A stretch of DNA of 64,000 nt. Source: a bacterium. Lineage in GTDB: Bacteria; Patescibacteriota; Minisyncoccia; Moranbacterales; DUUL01. How positions within the stretch are numbered: the stretch's first letter is position 1; each line of letters opens with the position of its first letter. The stretch lies in contig JABGXP010000007.1 in NCBI GenBank assembly GCA_018675685.1, positions 49,283 through 113,282 of the forward strand. Direction: 5' to 3'. Of the stretch, positions 50,798 through 60,800 are shown piece after piece. The notes under the pieces were generated by a model. It worked only from the letters and a program-made list of their open reading frames with translations, ran no database searches and was not told the DNA's origin. Made by a program: the position numbers and the translations under genes.

Positions 50798-51970
50798 TTA
50801 TCTAGCGCCTACACTATTTAGTAATTTTTCAGAGTGAGGAGTAAAAGAAAGCTCAACTTGTTTCCAGCGAGCAGTTTCTATTAACTCTTCAATATCTTTT
50901 TTACTTGCCTCACCTTTTGCGCTTTTCTCGCAAACCCCATTGAAAGTGTTTTTAAAGTTGTTGTCTATCTTGCTTGATTGAACTGTTATTTTTTGATGAG
51001 CTAATGCTAGCGGACGACTTTCTTCGTCAACGAAAGAATCGATTAAGCCCGAACTATAAGTTAAGGCACCCTTGAATAAAGTTTTAATAGCCTCAGGGCT
51101 AGCAGGGGTTGTTTTTTGAAGATAAGCTTTTATGCGATCACTAGAATGTATTAGTAGGAGTTTTTTTAATTCTTCAATTGGTGTCGTTTCCATTTTATTC
51201 TTAAGTTTGTTTTCCCATAATCCTCCCCAAGCTTTTTTAAGAACTTCTTTGTTTTCCAGATATTTTTTTAAAGGAGAATTCGGGGGTAATTTTTTCGGGT
51301 TTATTTTACTATAAAGCCAAACACCAGACGGTTCGACAACTCCCTGTTGAACCATCTCATAGTCTAAGCCGCCTTCTTCAAAAGCTGTCTTCCAAGCATC
51401 AGCCTTGGCGCCTTCTCTTGCTGGCAAAATATCCATATCAGCTTCACTTGGTGGCAGGATAATTCCTTTCTTTTGTTTAGAGTTAACAAATCTTTCAATG
51501 GCTTCCTCTGGTTGATTTTTGCTAGTTTCCGAAAAAGAGTGCAAAGGATGGGAATGTAGATGAATTATTTTGGCTATGTTTTTGTTTTGAATCCCAAGAC
51601 TTTTTATTCCCTCGACAATTTGCTTGGGGTCAACGGAGATTTGGGCTAGTTGTCCATCTTGAATATTCTTCCAGGAGTGTTCCTTATCAGTAGATTCAAT
51701 AAAAACCCCAGCTGTTTCTACTTTGCTTTCAAAAACATCCTTTAATAATGAACTTATTCCTTCGTTCCAATCTAAGCTCTCTTTTAATTCTGATGCCTCA
51801 AGCGCTTTGGATAGTAAACTGACATCAGACAAAGCTAAACCCGCTAAGGCCCCACCTGCCATTTTGAGAAATTTTCTTCGATCTAATAATTTCTCTGTCG
51901 GCTCCTCTTCGGTTTTTGGCTTTACCTCTTCCATCTTTTTATTTCTTTTAAAGAAGTTAAATTTTTCCAT
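50798..51970 (-). CDS. Tat-signal-bearing secreted protein, hypothetical
   Basis: Twin-arginine motif DRRKFLKMAGGALAGLALS; His-rich segment IIHLHSHPLHSF; no recognisable catalytic domain. Confidence 0.45.
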   Translation of the reverse strand: MEKFNFFKRNKKMEEVKPKTEEEPTEKLLDRRKFLKMAGGALAGLALSDVSLLSKALEASELKESLDWNEGISSLLKDVFESKVETAGVFIESTDKEHSWKNIQDGQLAQISVDPKQIVEGIKSLGIQNKNIAKIIHLHSHPLHSFSETSKNQPEEAIERFVNSKQKKGIILPPSEADMDILPAREGAKADAWKTAFEEGGLDYEMVQQGVVEPSGVWLYSKINPKKLPPNSPLKKYLENKEVLKKAWGGLWENKLKNKMETTPIEELKKLLLIHSSDRIKAYLQKTTPASPEAIKTLFKGALTYSSGLIDSFVDEESRPLALAHQKITVQSSKIDNNFKNTFNGVCEKSAKGEASKKDIEELIETARWKQVELSFTPHSEKLLNSVGAR

Positions 51971-52159
51971 TAGTAGTTGGAATTTAAGGATAATTGTCTT
52001 TAGTATAACAGAAAAGAGTATTATTTAAGAATATTTAGCTAAACTTAAGCTAGTTGTTTTTAAATTTTTAAAACTCGAAAAATAAAAAAACTAGAAGTTC
52101 ATTTGTTTCAAACAGTAAGACTAGTATGTAAATATCCAAGTATCTTTTTATTTAGTATT

Positions 52160-52168
52160 TGGTATAAT
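52160..52168 (+). promoter_or_regulatory. Extended -10 promoter element TGGTATAAT upstream of ferritin-like paralog B
   Basis: Same TTTGGTATAATT context as at 47876; 38 bp upstream of the ATG. Confidence 0.5.
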
Positions 52169-52205
52169 TTGAATAAATCATTTATTTTATTAAACATTTT
52201 TAAAA

Positions 52206-52682
52206 ATGCTGGAACAAGAACAAGTAGACTACTTAAATTTACTGATCGAAAATGAATTGGCGGTAGGCAGATTATACGAAGCTTATGCAAAAAAATCAGA
52301 ATCAAAAAGTGATTTTTGGATGAAACTCTTTGCTGAAGAGAAGGAACATGCAGAATGGATCATGCTACTTAGTGAGGAAGTCGATAGGAAGGATATGGTC
52401 TTGAAAAAGGGAAGTGTTTCGAAAACTGAAATTCAAGAATCTATTGATGAAACACAAAAAGAGCTTGATAGATTTCTAAGTAGCAAAATAAACCATATTT
52501 CACATAAAGAGCAACTGTTAGTTGCTTTGAAAAAAGAGAAAAGTTTATTGGAGAGAGAATTCTTCAGTTTTTTTGAAACAAGCAGCTCTGAGTTGAAAGT
52601 GTTGCTTGAAAAATTGAAAAAGGAAACCACTCTTCATAAAGAGAGGATTGAAGAGGAACTTGAGGGGGAGGAAAATAAATAG
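52206..52682 (+). CDS. Ferritin-like/rubrerythrin-like four-helix-bundle protein, paralog B
   Basis: LIENELAVGRLYEAYA ... EEKEHAEWI; collinear with paralog A, including the 5' leader. Confidence 0.4.
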   Translation: MLEQEQVDYLNLLIENELAVGRLYEAYAKKSESKSDFWMKLFAEEKEHAEWIMLLSEEVDRKDMVLKKGSVSKTEIQESIDETQKELDRFLSSKINHISHKEQLLVALKKEKSLLEREFFSFFETSSSELKVLLEKLKKETTLHKERIEEELEGEENK

Positions 52683-52701
52683 CAATTTTTTCTGTCGAGA
52701 A

Positions 52702-52727
52702 AAAACAACGTTACAACGTTGTTTTTT
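52702..52727 (+). terminator. Rho-independent terminator (AAAACAACG ttacaa CGTTGTTTT TT)
   Basis: 9-bp perfect stem plus T-run, 20 bp after the stop of paralog B. Confidence 0.65.
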
Positions 52728-52784
52728 GTTTGCTCTGATAGAGATGTTTTCGAATCTTAGCCTTGATAGAGGGAAAAGGAGTGT

Positions 52785-52812
52785 CATTACATATGTAAGG
52801 ACATATGTAATG
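52785..52812. promoter_or_regulatory. Perfect 11-bp inverted repeat CATTACATATG-N6-CATATGTAATG (candidate transcription-factor binding site)
   Basis: Read directly from the sequence; lies in a 370-bp intergenic region upstream of the response regulator gene. Confidence 0.35.
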
Positions 52813-52999
52813 ATATGGACTCTAAAAAGTGCCTAGAGAATCATTTTACACTAATTTTTGAAGCGCTATACAACTCTAAGGAAAACTTAGAATGAAATAA
52901 AAATTAGGCAGAATAAAATACTTATTCAAGAAGAGTGAATTTGTTTTAAAACAAGCTTTTTTTATAGGAGAATCTTTTAAATATAGGGCGAGTTTAAGT

Positions 53000-53036
53000 T
53001 TGTTGTTATTTGAATAAAATGCTAGAATAACAACAA
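53000..53036. promoter_or_regulatory. Perfect 11-bp inverted repeat TTGTTGTTATT-N15-AATAACAACAA just upstream of the response regulator start
   Basis: Ends 20 bp before the ATG at 53057; could be an operator or an RNA hairpin in the leader. Confidence 0.35.
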
Positions 53037-53056
53037 ATACTAGTAATAAAAATAAA

Positions 53057-53425
53057 ATGCCTAACAACAGGATATTAATTGCTGAGGATGAAAAGGCGAT
53101 TGCTAAAGCATTGAGTTTAAAATTAGAACACGTTGGTTACGAAACAACTGTTACTCATAATGGGAAAGAAGCTTTGGAGAAAATGAAAGAAAATCAATAT
53201 GACTTGTTTCTGATGGATCTAATAATGCCTATTATGGACGGCTTTGCAACATTAGAAGCTTTGAAGGCAGCAGGGAATAAAATTCCAGTGGTAGTTCTAT
53301 CCAACTTAAGCCAAGGAGACGATCTTAACAAGGCTAAGGAATTGGGAGCCAGAGATTATTTTATTAAATCCGATACTCCAATTGCGCATGTAGTGGAGTA
53401 TGTAAAACGAAATATAGGAGCTTGA
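53057..53425 (+). CDS. Single-domain response regulator (CheY-like receiver)
   Basis: ILIAEDE ... DLFLMDLIMPIMDG ... VVVLSNL ... K receiver motifs; no output domain. Confidence 0.8.
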   Translation: MPNNRILIAEDEKAIAKALSLKLEHVGYETTVTHNGKEALEKMKENQYDLFLMDLIMPIMDGFATLEALKAAGNKIPVVVLSNLSQGDDLNKAKELGARDYFIKSDTPIAHVVEYVKRNIGA

Positions 53426-53456
53426 GTTTTAAGGAGCAGTTTGATTTTTTATAAAA

Positions 53457-54713
53457 ATGGAAAACAAAAACAAAAAAAATACTGAAAAAGAACTAATTAA
53501 AAAAGTTTTATTGGCTGGTAGTTATGTTACTAAAGAGGATTTAGCGTCGGCCGAAAAAGATTCTTCGCGAAATAATATTTCGATTTTAGATTATCTTTTT
53601 TCAAATGAAGTTATAACCAAAGACCTTTTTGGTCAGGCCATGGCTGAATATTATGGCATTCCCTATGCTGATTTAAACTCTCATACGCCTTCGACTGAAC
53701 AAGTGATGAAAATTCCTTTGGAATTGGCTAATCAATATAGAGCAACCTTGTTCTCAGAGAAAGAAAAAAAGATTGTTGTCGCTACAGATCAACCTTCGAA
53801 AAAAGGATTGCAAGCAGTTTTGTCGCAAAATTTTACAGGTAAGAAGATCCAAATCGCTTATTCTTTAACAGAGGACATAGACAGTGTTTTAGTTAGCTAC
53901 CGAAAGCCGCTCGAAACTCGATTTTCAAAGATAATTGAAACTGGGGAAAAAATTGCGCCAGAAATAATTGATGAAATAATCGATGATTCTTTAGCTTTTA
54001 GGGCTTCTGACATTCACTTCGAGCCACGGAAGGAGAATGTAGCAGTACGATTTAGAGTGGATGGTCTTCTAAGGGAAGCTGGGAATATCCCCTTGAAATA
54101 CTATGAAAACATCTTGAATCGAATTAAAGTTCAGGCCAAACTCCGGATTGATAATCATTTTTCTTCTCAAGACGGATCAATCAGGATGGTTAAAAAAGGT
54201 AAGGAGATTGATTTAAGGATTTCGATCGTACCAACCTTAAGAGGGGAGAAGATTGTTATTAGAGTTTTAGCTGAATATGTAAAGGGCTTTAACTTGGGGG
54301 ACTTGGGTCTTTCCTCCCAAGATCAGGCAATAATTGATAAGGGAGCTAAAAACCCCTTTGGCATGATATTAGTAACAGGGCCAACTGGAAGTGGGAAGAC
54401 AACAACTCTTTATGCATTACTCCAAAAACTAAATCGTCCTGAAGTGAATATCACTACTATCGAAGATCCTGTAGAATATCAATTAATGGGATTGAATCAA
54501 ATTCAAGTTAATAATGAAACCGGATTAACTTTTACTAAAGGACTACGGTCCATCGTTAGACAAGACCCCGATATAATTTTAGTGGGTGAAATAATCGATA
54601 AAGGGTTAGGTAAAACAGTTCACTTTAGGGCGATAAAACAATTCCTTAAAACGGTAAAGCAGGTTAGTCTAAAGAATATTTTTTTTTTCGTTAGTAGAAT
54701 CCCTACTAATTAG
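53457..54713 (+). pseudogene. Type II secretion/type IV pilus assembly ATPase (PilB/GspE family), 3'-truncated
   Basis: GspII_E N-domain, Walker A TGPTGSGKTTT, RQDPDIILVGEI Walker B region. Homology ends right after VGEI(I)D: the His box and C-terminal ~150 aa are absent in all three frames; the ORF ends in unrelated sequence after a T10 homopolymer. Confidence 0.6.
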
Positions 54714-54722
54714 CATAATTGT

Positions 54723-54751
54723 TTGATATTTATTTTTGAAAATGGTATAAT
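54723..54751 (+). promoter_or_regulatory. Promoter of the giant gene: -35 TTGATA, 17-bp spacer, extended -10 TGGTATAAT
   Basis: TTGATA at 54723-54728 and TGGTATAAT at 54743-54751, ~115 bp upstream of the ORF start. Confidence 0.55.
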
Positions 54752-54868
54752 CTTAGAGATTCGAGTAGGGTTTTTAAAAAACAAAAGTTCGGAAAAATAG
54801 GTATTTTTTGTAAAAAATGAAAAATAATTTAAAATAAAGATTTAAATTAATTTTCATTTCTATTTCAA

Positions 54869-57800
54869 TTGAAAAAGAATCTTTCAAGGGCAAAAATAAA
54901 AAAGTTTTCCAAAAGTTTTCTTTTTGGGAAGAAAGCTAAAGAAAAGTCTCTTCGGATAAGAGATTTTTTGAGGTTGTCTGGTTCTAAAAAAGTTAAAGAA
55001 AAAGAGACCTCAACAAGAAAACGGTTATCAGAAAAAGAAATAAAAAAGATTATTGGGAAAAAGTACTATTTTATTAAAGCAGGCTCTTTTTTCAGTTCTG
55101 GCTTGGCTTGTTTTTTGAAATCATTTTTCAAGTTTTTTAGAAAACTTTCCTTTCAAACAGTTAAAATTGCATTAATTTTAGTGCTTATCTATCTCGTGAC
55201 ACCTGGTTCTTTGGGGGCTCCCGAATCACAAACAATCACAACACGTTCTCAGTGGGAGGCTGGAACTTTAACGGAAGTTTCAACTACTAGCTCGCTGGAT
55301 GCAATTCAACTTGAAACTGCAGGAACTTGGGAGGCTCGAGCTTGGGCGCCAACACCCGATACGGTTTCTTTTGGTTCCGCCTCTGCTCTTGTCGGAGACT
55401 ATCTTTATTTAGCTAGAGGTTATGGAGACAAGGCTTTCTATCGTTATGATATAAACAGGAATGAATGGTCTTTGATAGACGACCTCCCACAACCATCTCA
55501 TTATGGTGCTGACATTTCTTACGATGGGGCAGGAAACCTATATTTTATTTTTGGAGGTTATTCAAAGGATTTTTATCGTTATAATATCGAAAACGAAGAA
55601 TGGACTCAACTTCCAGATCTTTTGGATACTGTTTATCAAGGAGCTTCAATAGAGTTTGATGGAACAGATTTTTATATACCCAGAGGTCAAGCTTCGACTG
55701 ATTTTTGGAGATTCGATGTTTCTGAAAATTCTTGGTACAACCTAGCTCCTGTTCCATCAACTGTTTATCGAGGGTCTAATATGGTTTACGGAGAAAATGG
55801 TAAAATGTATTTAAACAGGGGGTACAATCAACGAACTTTTTGGGAGTATGACATTAGCAGTAATGTTTGGACAGCCAAAACAATTACTCCAGCATCTTTT
55901 TACGGAGAGCAAAAAGGAGCTTATTATGATGGACATATCTATTATCTAAGATCTAACAACACTAATCTTTTTTATCGATATGACATTGCTGGAGATTCCT
56001 GGGAGACGTTAGAAAATACTCCGCTTACAAATAATTATTCTTCTATTAATTATAATAGTGATGATGGAAATTTCTATGTGGTTCGGGCCAATGGTCAGTA
56101 TACTCTTTGGAAATTTGACCCAGAATCTGGTTCAAATGGAGAATGGCTTGGGCCAGAAGATTTACCTGCTACTGCCAATACTGGTGCTGATTTGATTTGG
56201 AATCAAGTGACTGGAGCAGGGGCTTATATCTTTGCAGCTCGAGGGGGAGGAACAAATTTTTACCGATATGATATATCTGCCAATGGCTGGGAGACAAGGG
56301 CTAGTGCACCAGGTGCTTTGAGATATGACACCAAAGGAACTTTTCATGATGGCTATGTCTATATTCCGCAAGGAGGGAATAACACCTCTTTTTATCGATA
56401 TGATACGGTTGCAAATAGCTGGACAACTCTTGCTGCCGCACCTGCAACTTTACGCTATGGATCAAATGCTAGCTACAATACTGATGATGGTTATATTTAT
56501 GTTAACAGAGGTAATGCACAGGATGATTTTTACCGATATGATATTGCTGGAGATAGCTGGGAAATAATTGATGATATTATCACCGCCGAAGGGACTTCTT
56601 ATCGACCCTATAGTGGAGGGCGCATGATTTCAGATGGAACTGATCTTTATCTAATGCCGGGTGATGGAGAATCAGCTTTTTTGAAGTATGATACGGGCAC
56701 GAACATTTGGTCTGAACTTTCTCGTAGTCCTTTTGCTCAGTATTATGGAACTGATATGACTTATTATAATGGGAAAATCCATGCTTTAGCTGGTAACTAC
56801 AAGGATGATAATTGGGTATATGATATTGCTGAAGATAGTTGGATTAAGCTAAGAAATGTTCAAAAATATACTTACAATAGAGGGCCTTATAACGGAGCTA
56901 GCATCGAATATGCAGGAGGAAATTCTTTCTATGCTTTACCTGGTGGAGGAACGGTTGATATGTGGAGTTATACTTTATCAGCCAGTAATTATGAAGATAG
57001 TGGTACTTATGTCAGCGAAAGTATTGACCTAAGTCATGTGGATAGTTTTTCAACCTTAACTGGCGTAGAGGACGTTCCCGTTAATACTGCTATTGTTTAT
57101 CAAACTAGAAGTTCTGATGATGAGGCAACTTGGTCGGCTTGGGAAGCTTTAGGGTCCAGTAGCACAATTCAATCAGACGAACGTCGCTATCTTCAAGTTA
57201 AGATTATACTTAGTAATACTGATGGAATTAGCACTCCTACCGTGTATAGTTATTCGATTATTTATGTTAGTGAGGATGTTGACCCGCAAAATCCAGATAC
57301 AATACTAGCCTATTCCCAAAGAATTAGTGGAGATACTCTTGTTTCCGAAGTAGCGTATCGACATGCTCATCCTTATTTTTCTTGGTCTGGCGCAACTGAC
57401 TCAGGTTCTGGTGTTGCTGGATATTATGTTTATTATGGTTCTGACGAAAATGCTGATCCAGAAAGTGTTGGTGTCTTTCAAATAACTGATTCTTTCCAGG
57501 TTAATATCGGAATGACAACTGGAAATTATTATCTTCGTATTAAAACTAAAGACGAAGAAGCAAATACCGAAGATGAAACCTGGGAAGCTTTTACTTATAA
57601 TTACCAAGGAGCTTCACCGTACTTAACTGAAACAGTTACTTCACAGGAAGATTTTGAAGCTGGAAGTGCAGAGACTACAAATGTTTCAACTTCCAACGAA
57701 GTTGGATCTGTTCAATTGGAGCACACGGATGGTTTTTGGCGAGAAAGCAGACTTTCGTATCTTCCTGTTGGAATTAGATACGGTGGGGAGTTGCAATATG

Positions 57801-60800
57801 CGGAGGCTGAGAACAAGATTTATACATTCAGAGGAAATAATGCTACTAGTTTTTATGCCTATAATTTGACAACTGAAGTCTGGGAGACCCTTAGTCCAGC
57901 TCCTGAAACGGTTCGAATGGGAGGGTCGATTGTCAAGGGCCCGGATGGCTATCTGTATGGCTCAAGAGGTCAGAATACTCCGACTTTTTGGCGTTATGAC
58001 ATCGAAGACGATTCATGGGCAGTGATGGCAAGTGCTCCTAAGAATTTTTATTACGGAGCTTCTTTGAATTATGACGATGATCGTTATGTGTATGCTTTAC
58101 CTGGGAATGAAGATGCTTTTTATCGCTACGATACTCAAAGTAATCAATGGACAACACTAACTAATGCTGAATTTGATAATCCTAACGAAGGTGATGGTCA
58201 AAGAGCTTACATTGGATCCGATGGAGTATTCGATGGGGATAATACAATTTATTATCTTCAAGGTAATTATTATCCATATTTTGCTAAGTATACTATTGAA
58301 GAAGATTCAGAAGCAGGGGATGAAGCTGATACTTGGACACCACTTGAAAAGGCCCCAATTGGAATTTATTCAGGAGGAAGTTTGGCTTACCATAGTGATT
58401 CTGAGACCGTGTATATGTTGAGCGGTAATTATCGTCAGAATTTTTTCAAATATGACGTAGGTTCAGCTACTTGGTCTTCTCTTCCTGAGATTCCATCTTA
58501 TGCTGAATATGGAGCTAGCTTAGAAGTGGTTGGGGATTACATTTATGCAACTCGAGGGGCTGGTTCAACGGCTTTCTATCGTTTTAGTATTGAGGAAAAT
58601 TCCTGGGAAGTTCCTCAGCGAGGATTCTTCGGCCCGTCAACAAACGCCGGTTCAAATTATTTTGATTATCAGCGAGGGACTGAAATGGAAGAAGATGGGA
58701 GTGGAAATATCTATATTATGAGAGGTGATTATAGCGATGAATTTGGTGTTTATCATATTGAAAGTGGAGAATTTTCAAAGTTAGCTAATTTACCAGTGGG
58801 TGCTTATAATGGAGCGGCAATGGTTTATAACGAAGATGAAGGAGTTATCTACGTGACTAATGGAGCGATTAGAACTGATAGGGCTGGGACTACTCACAAC
58901 TATTTCATGAAATATACAGTCTCTACTAATGTTTGGGAAATCATAACTGCTGATAGATTCCCTTATCAAACTAATTATGGTTCATCGATGGTTTATGATG
59001 GTGATCAATATATCTATTCAACTCGTGGCTCTGGTTCTAGTGTTTGGTATCGTTATGACACACTAGCTAGTGAGGGGTCTCGATGGTCAACAGCTTTACC
59101 AACAATTTCTGGCTGGGTTCAACATTACGGAGGACAAATAATCTACAAAGATGTTTCAGGAACTGATTATATTTATTCAACTCGAGGTGGGAATACTAAT
59201 CAGTTTTATCGATATGACGTTGATGGAAATTCTTGGCTTAGAATGGCTGATGTACCAGGCAACGTTTATATTGGAGGTTCTTTGTCTGATGGAAAAGATG
59301 GATACCTTTATGCTACTAGGGGCTATAATTCAACTGATTTTTATCGCTATGATATTTCCAATAATACATGGTCGACAATTGAGGATGTTCCAGCTCAAGT
59401 TTATTATGGAGGTTCTAGTATTTTTGAAAATAATTACGTTTGGACAACAGCTGGAAGTGGAACGAATTCCTATAGGGATGGACTATATAGTTACTTAGTG
59501 TCTTCCGAAGGCAATGATGTTGGTTTTGAAAAAACTGGATCTTACCAAACAAATACTTTAGATTTAACAGATGTTTATCACTGGGCTAATTTAGAAGTTG
59601 ATTATTCGAGCCCGAATAACACTAGTTTAGTTTTTTATACTAGAAGTTCCAGTGATGAAAGTGAGTGGTCTGCATGGGATGTTGCGACTAATAAGGAAAG
59701 TCGAGGATCTGATCAATATCTTTATAACATTGTTTCGCCAGTCGCTAGATATATTCAAATCAAAGCCGAATTTAGTTCGTCTGATCAAGTCTATTCATCG
59801 TTATTGAAGGAAATAAAAGTTAACTATTATCAAGACATTGTTGCTCCAAACAATCCTTCAACAACTAGTGTTTATAGTGATAACACTAAAACTACCGAAA
59901 TTAGCACTTCAACTTGGTACTCTCATCCAAATCCTTATTTTGAATGGCCAGAAGCAGAGCAAACTGATGGTGCGAGCGATGGCATTGACGGTTCTGGTGT
60001 AGCTGGGTATTATGTTTATTTTGGAACCAATGCAGCTGAAGATCCTTTTGTGAGTGGAATGGAGCAAACTAATGTGACATACGAACCGAATGATTTAATT
60101 TCTGGCGATACCTACTATTTGAAAATTAAAACGATTGATAATGCTGGAAAGGTTTCAGCTAATTCTTATACCGCTTTTATCTATGAATATGACGCTACTG
60201 TACCAACAAACCCAACTGATACTGCGGTTACTCCAGCTGGATACACAGCAGCCGATAGTTATTCTTTTTTATGGGAAGCTGATGCAGCTGATCTCCATTC
60301 TGGTCTTAGCAAACTTCAATATCAAACTGGTGGGGACGGAGACACCTGGTATGATATCAGCGATCCAGCTACAATCTCTTTGGAACTCCCGAATCTTGAT
60401 CACGTAGACGCTGCTTATCAATCTGGAAAGAACTGGTTTTACCTTAGAACTGTAGATCAAGCTGGGAATGTTTCGACTGCTATGGAACAAGCGTATTATT
60501 TTAGTTTATCAGCTCCATCTCCCCCGAGAAATTTGACGGTAACCCCAGTTGTTTCAACTTCTAACAATTTTTCCTTTGAATGGGAGCAACCTGAATCATT
60601 CATAGGAGATGAAAGTAAATTGAAGTATTTATATTCCATCAATACACTTCCGAATGCTTATAATACTATTACAACCACTCTAACTGCTGCTGGTCCAGGT
60701 CCTTTTGCTACTCAAAAAGGTGCTAATCGGATTTATGTTGTTGCAATGGATGAGGCTGAGAATGTCGATTATGAGCTTTTTGCACATGTTGATTTTGAGG

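Noticed and set aside
50798-51970. Possible JAMM/MPN metalloprotease motif (HLHSHP...PPSEAD) in the Tat-signal protein
   Set aside because: Spacing does not fit H-x-H-x7-S-x2-D (the Ser/Asp pair is ~30 residues away), so it is recorded only as a His-rich putative metal site.
53457-54713. Reading the PilB-like ORF as an intact short ATPase
   Set aside because: The product lacks the His box and the entire C-terminal subdomain needed for hexamer ATPase activity, and its last ~35 residues have no PilB similarity; treated as a truncated remnant instead.
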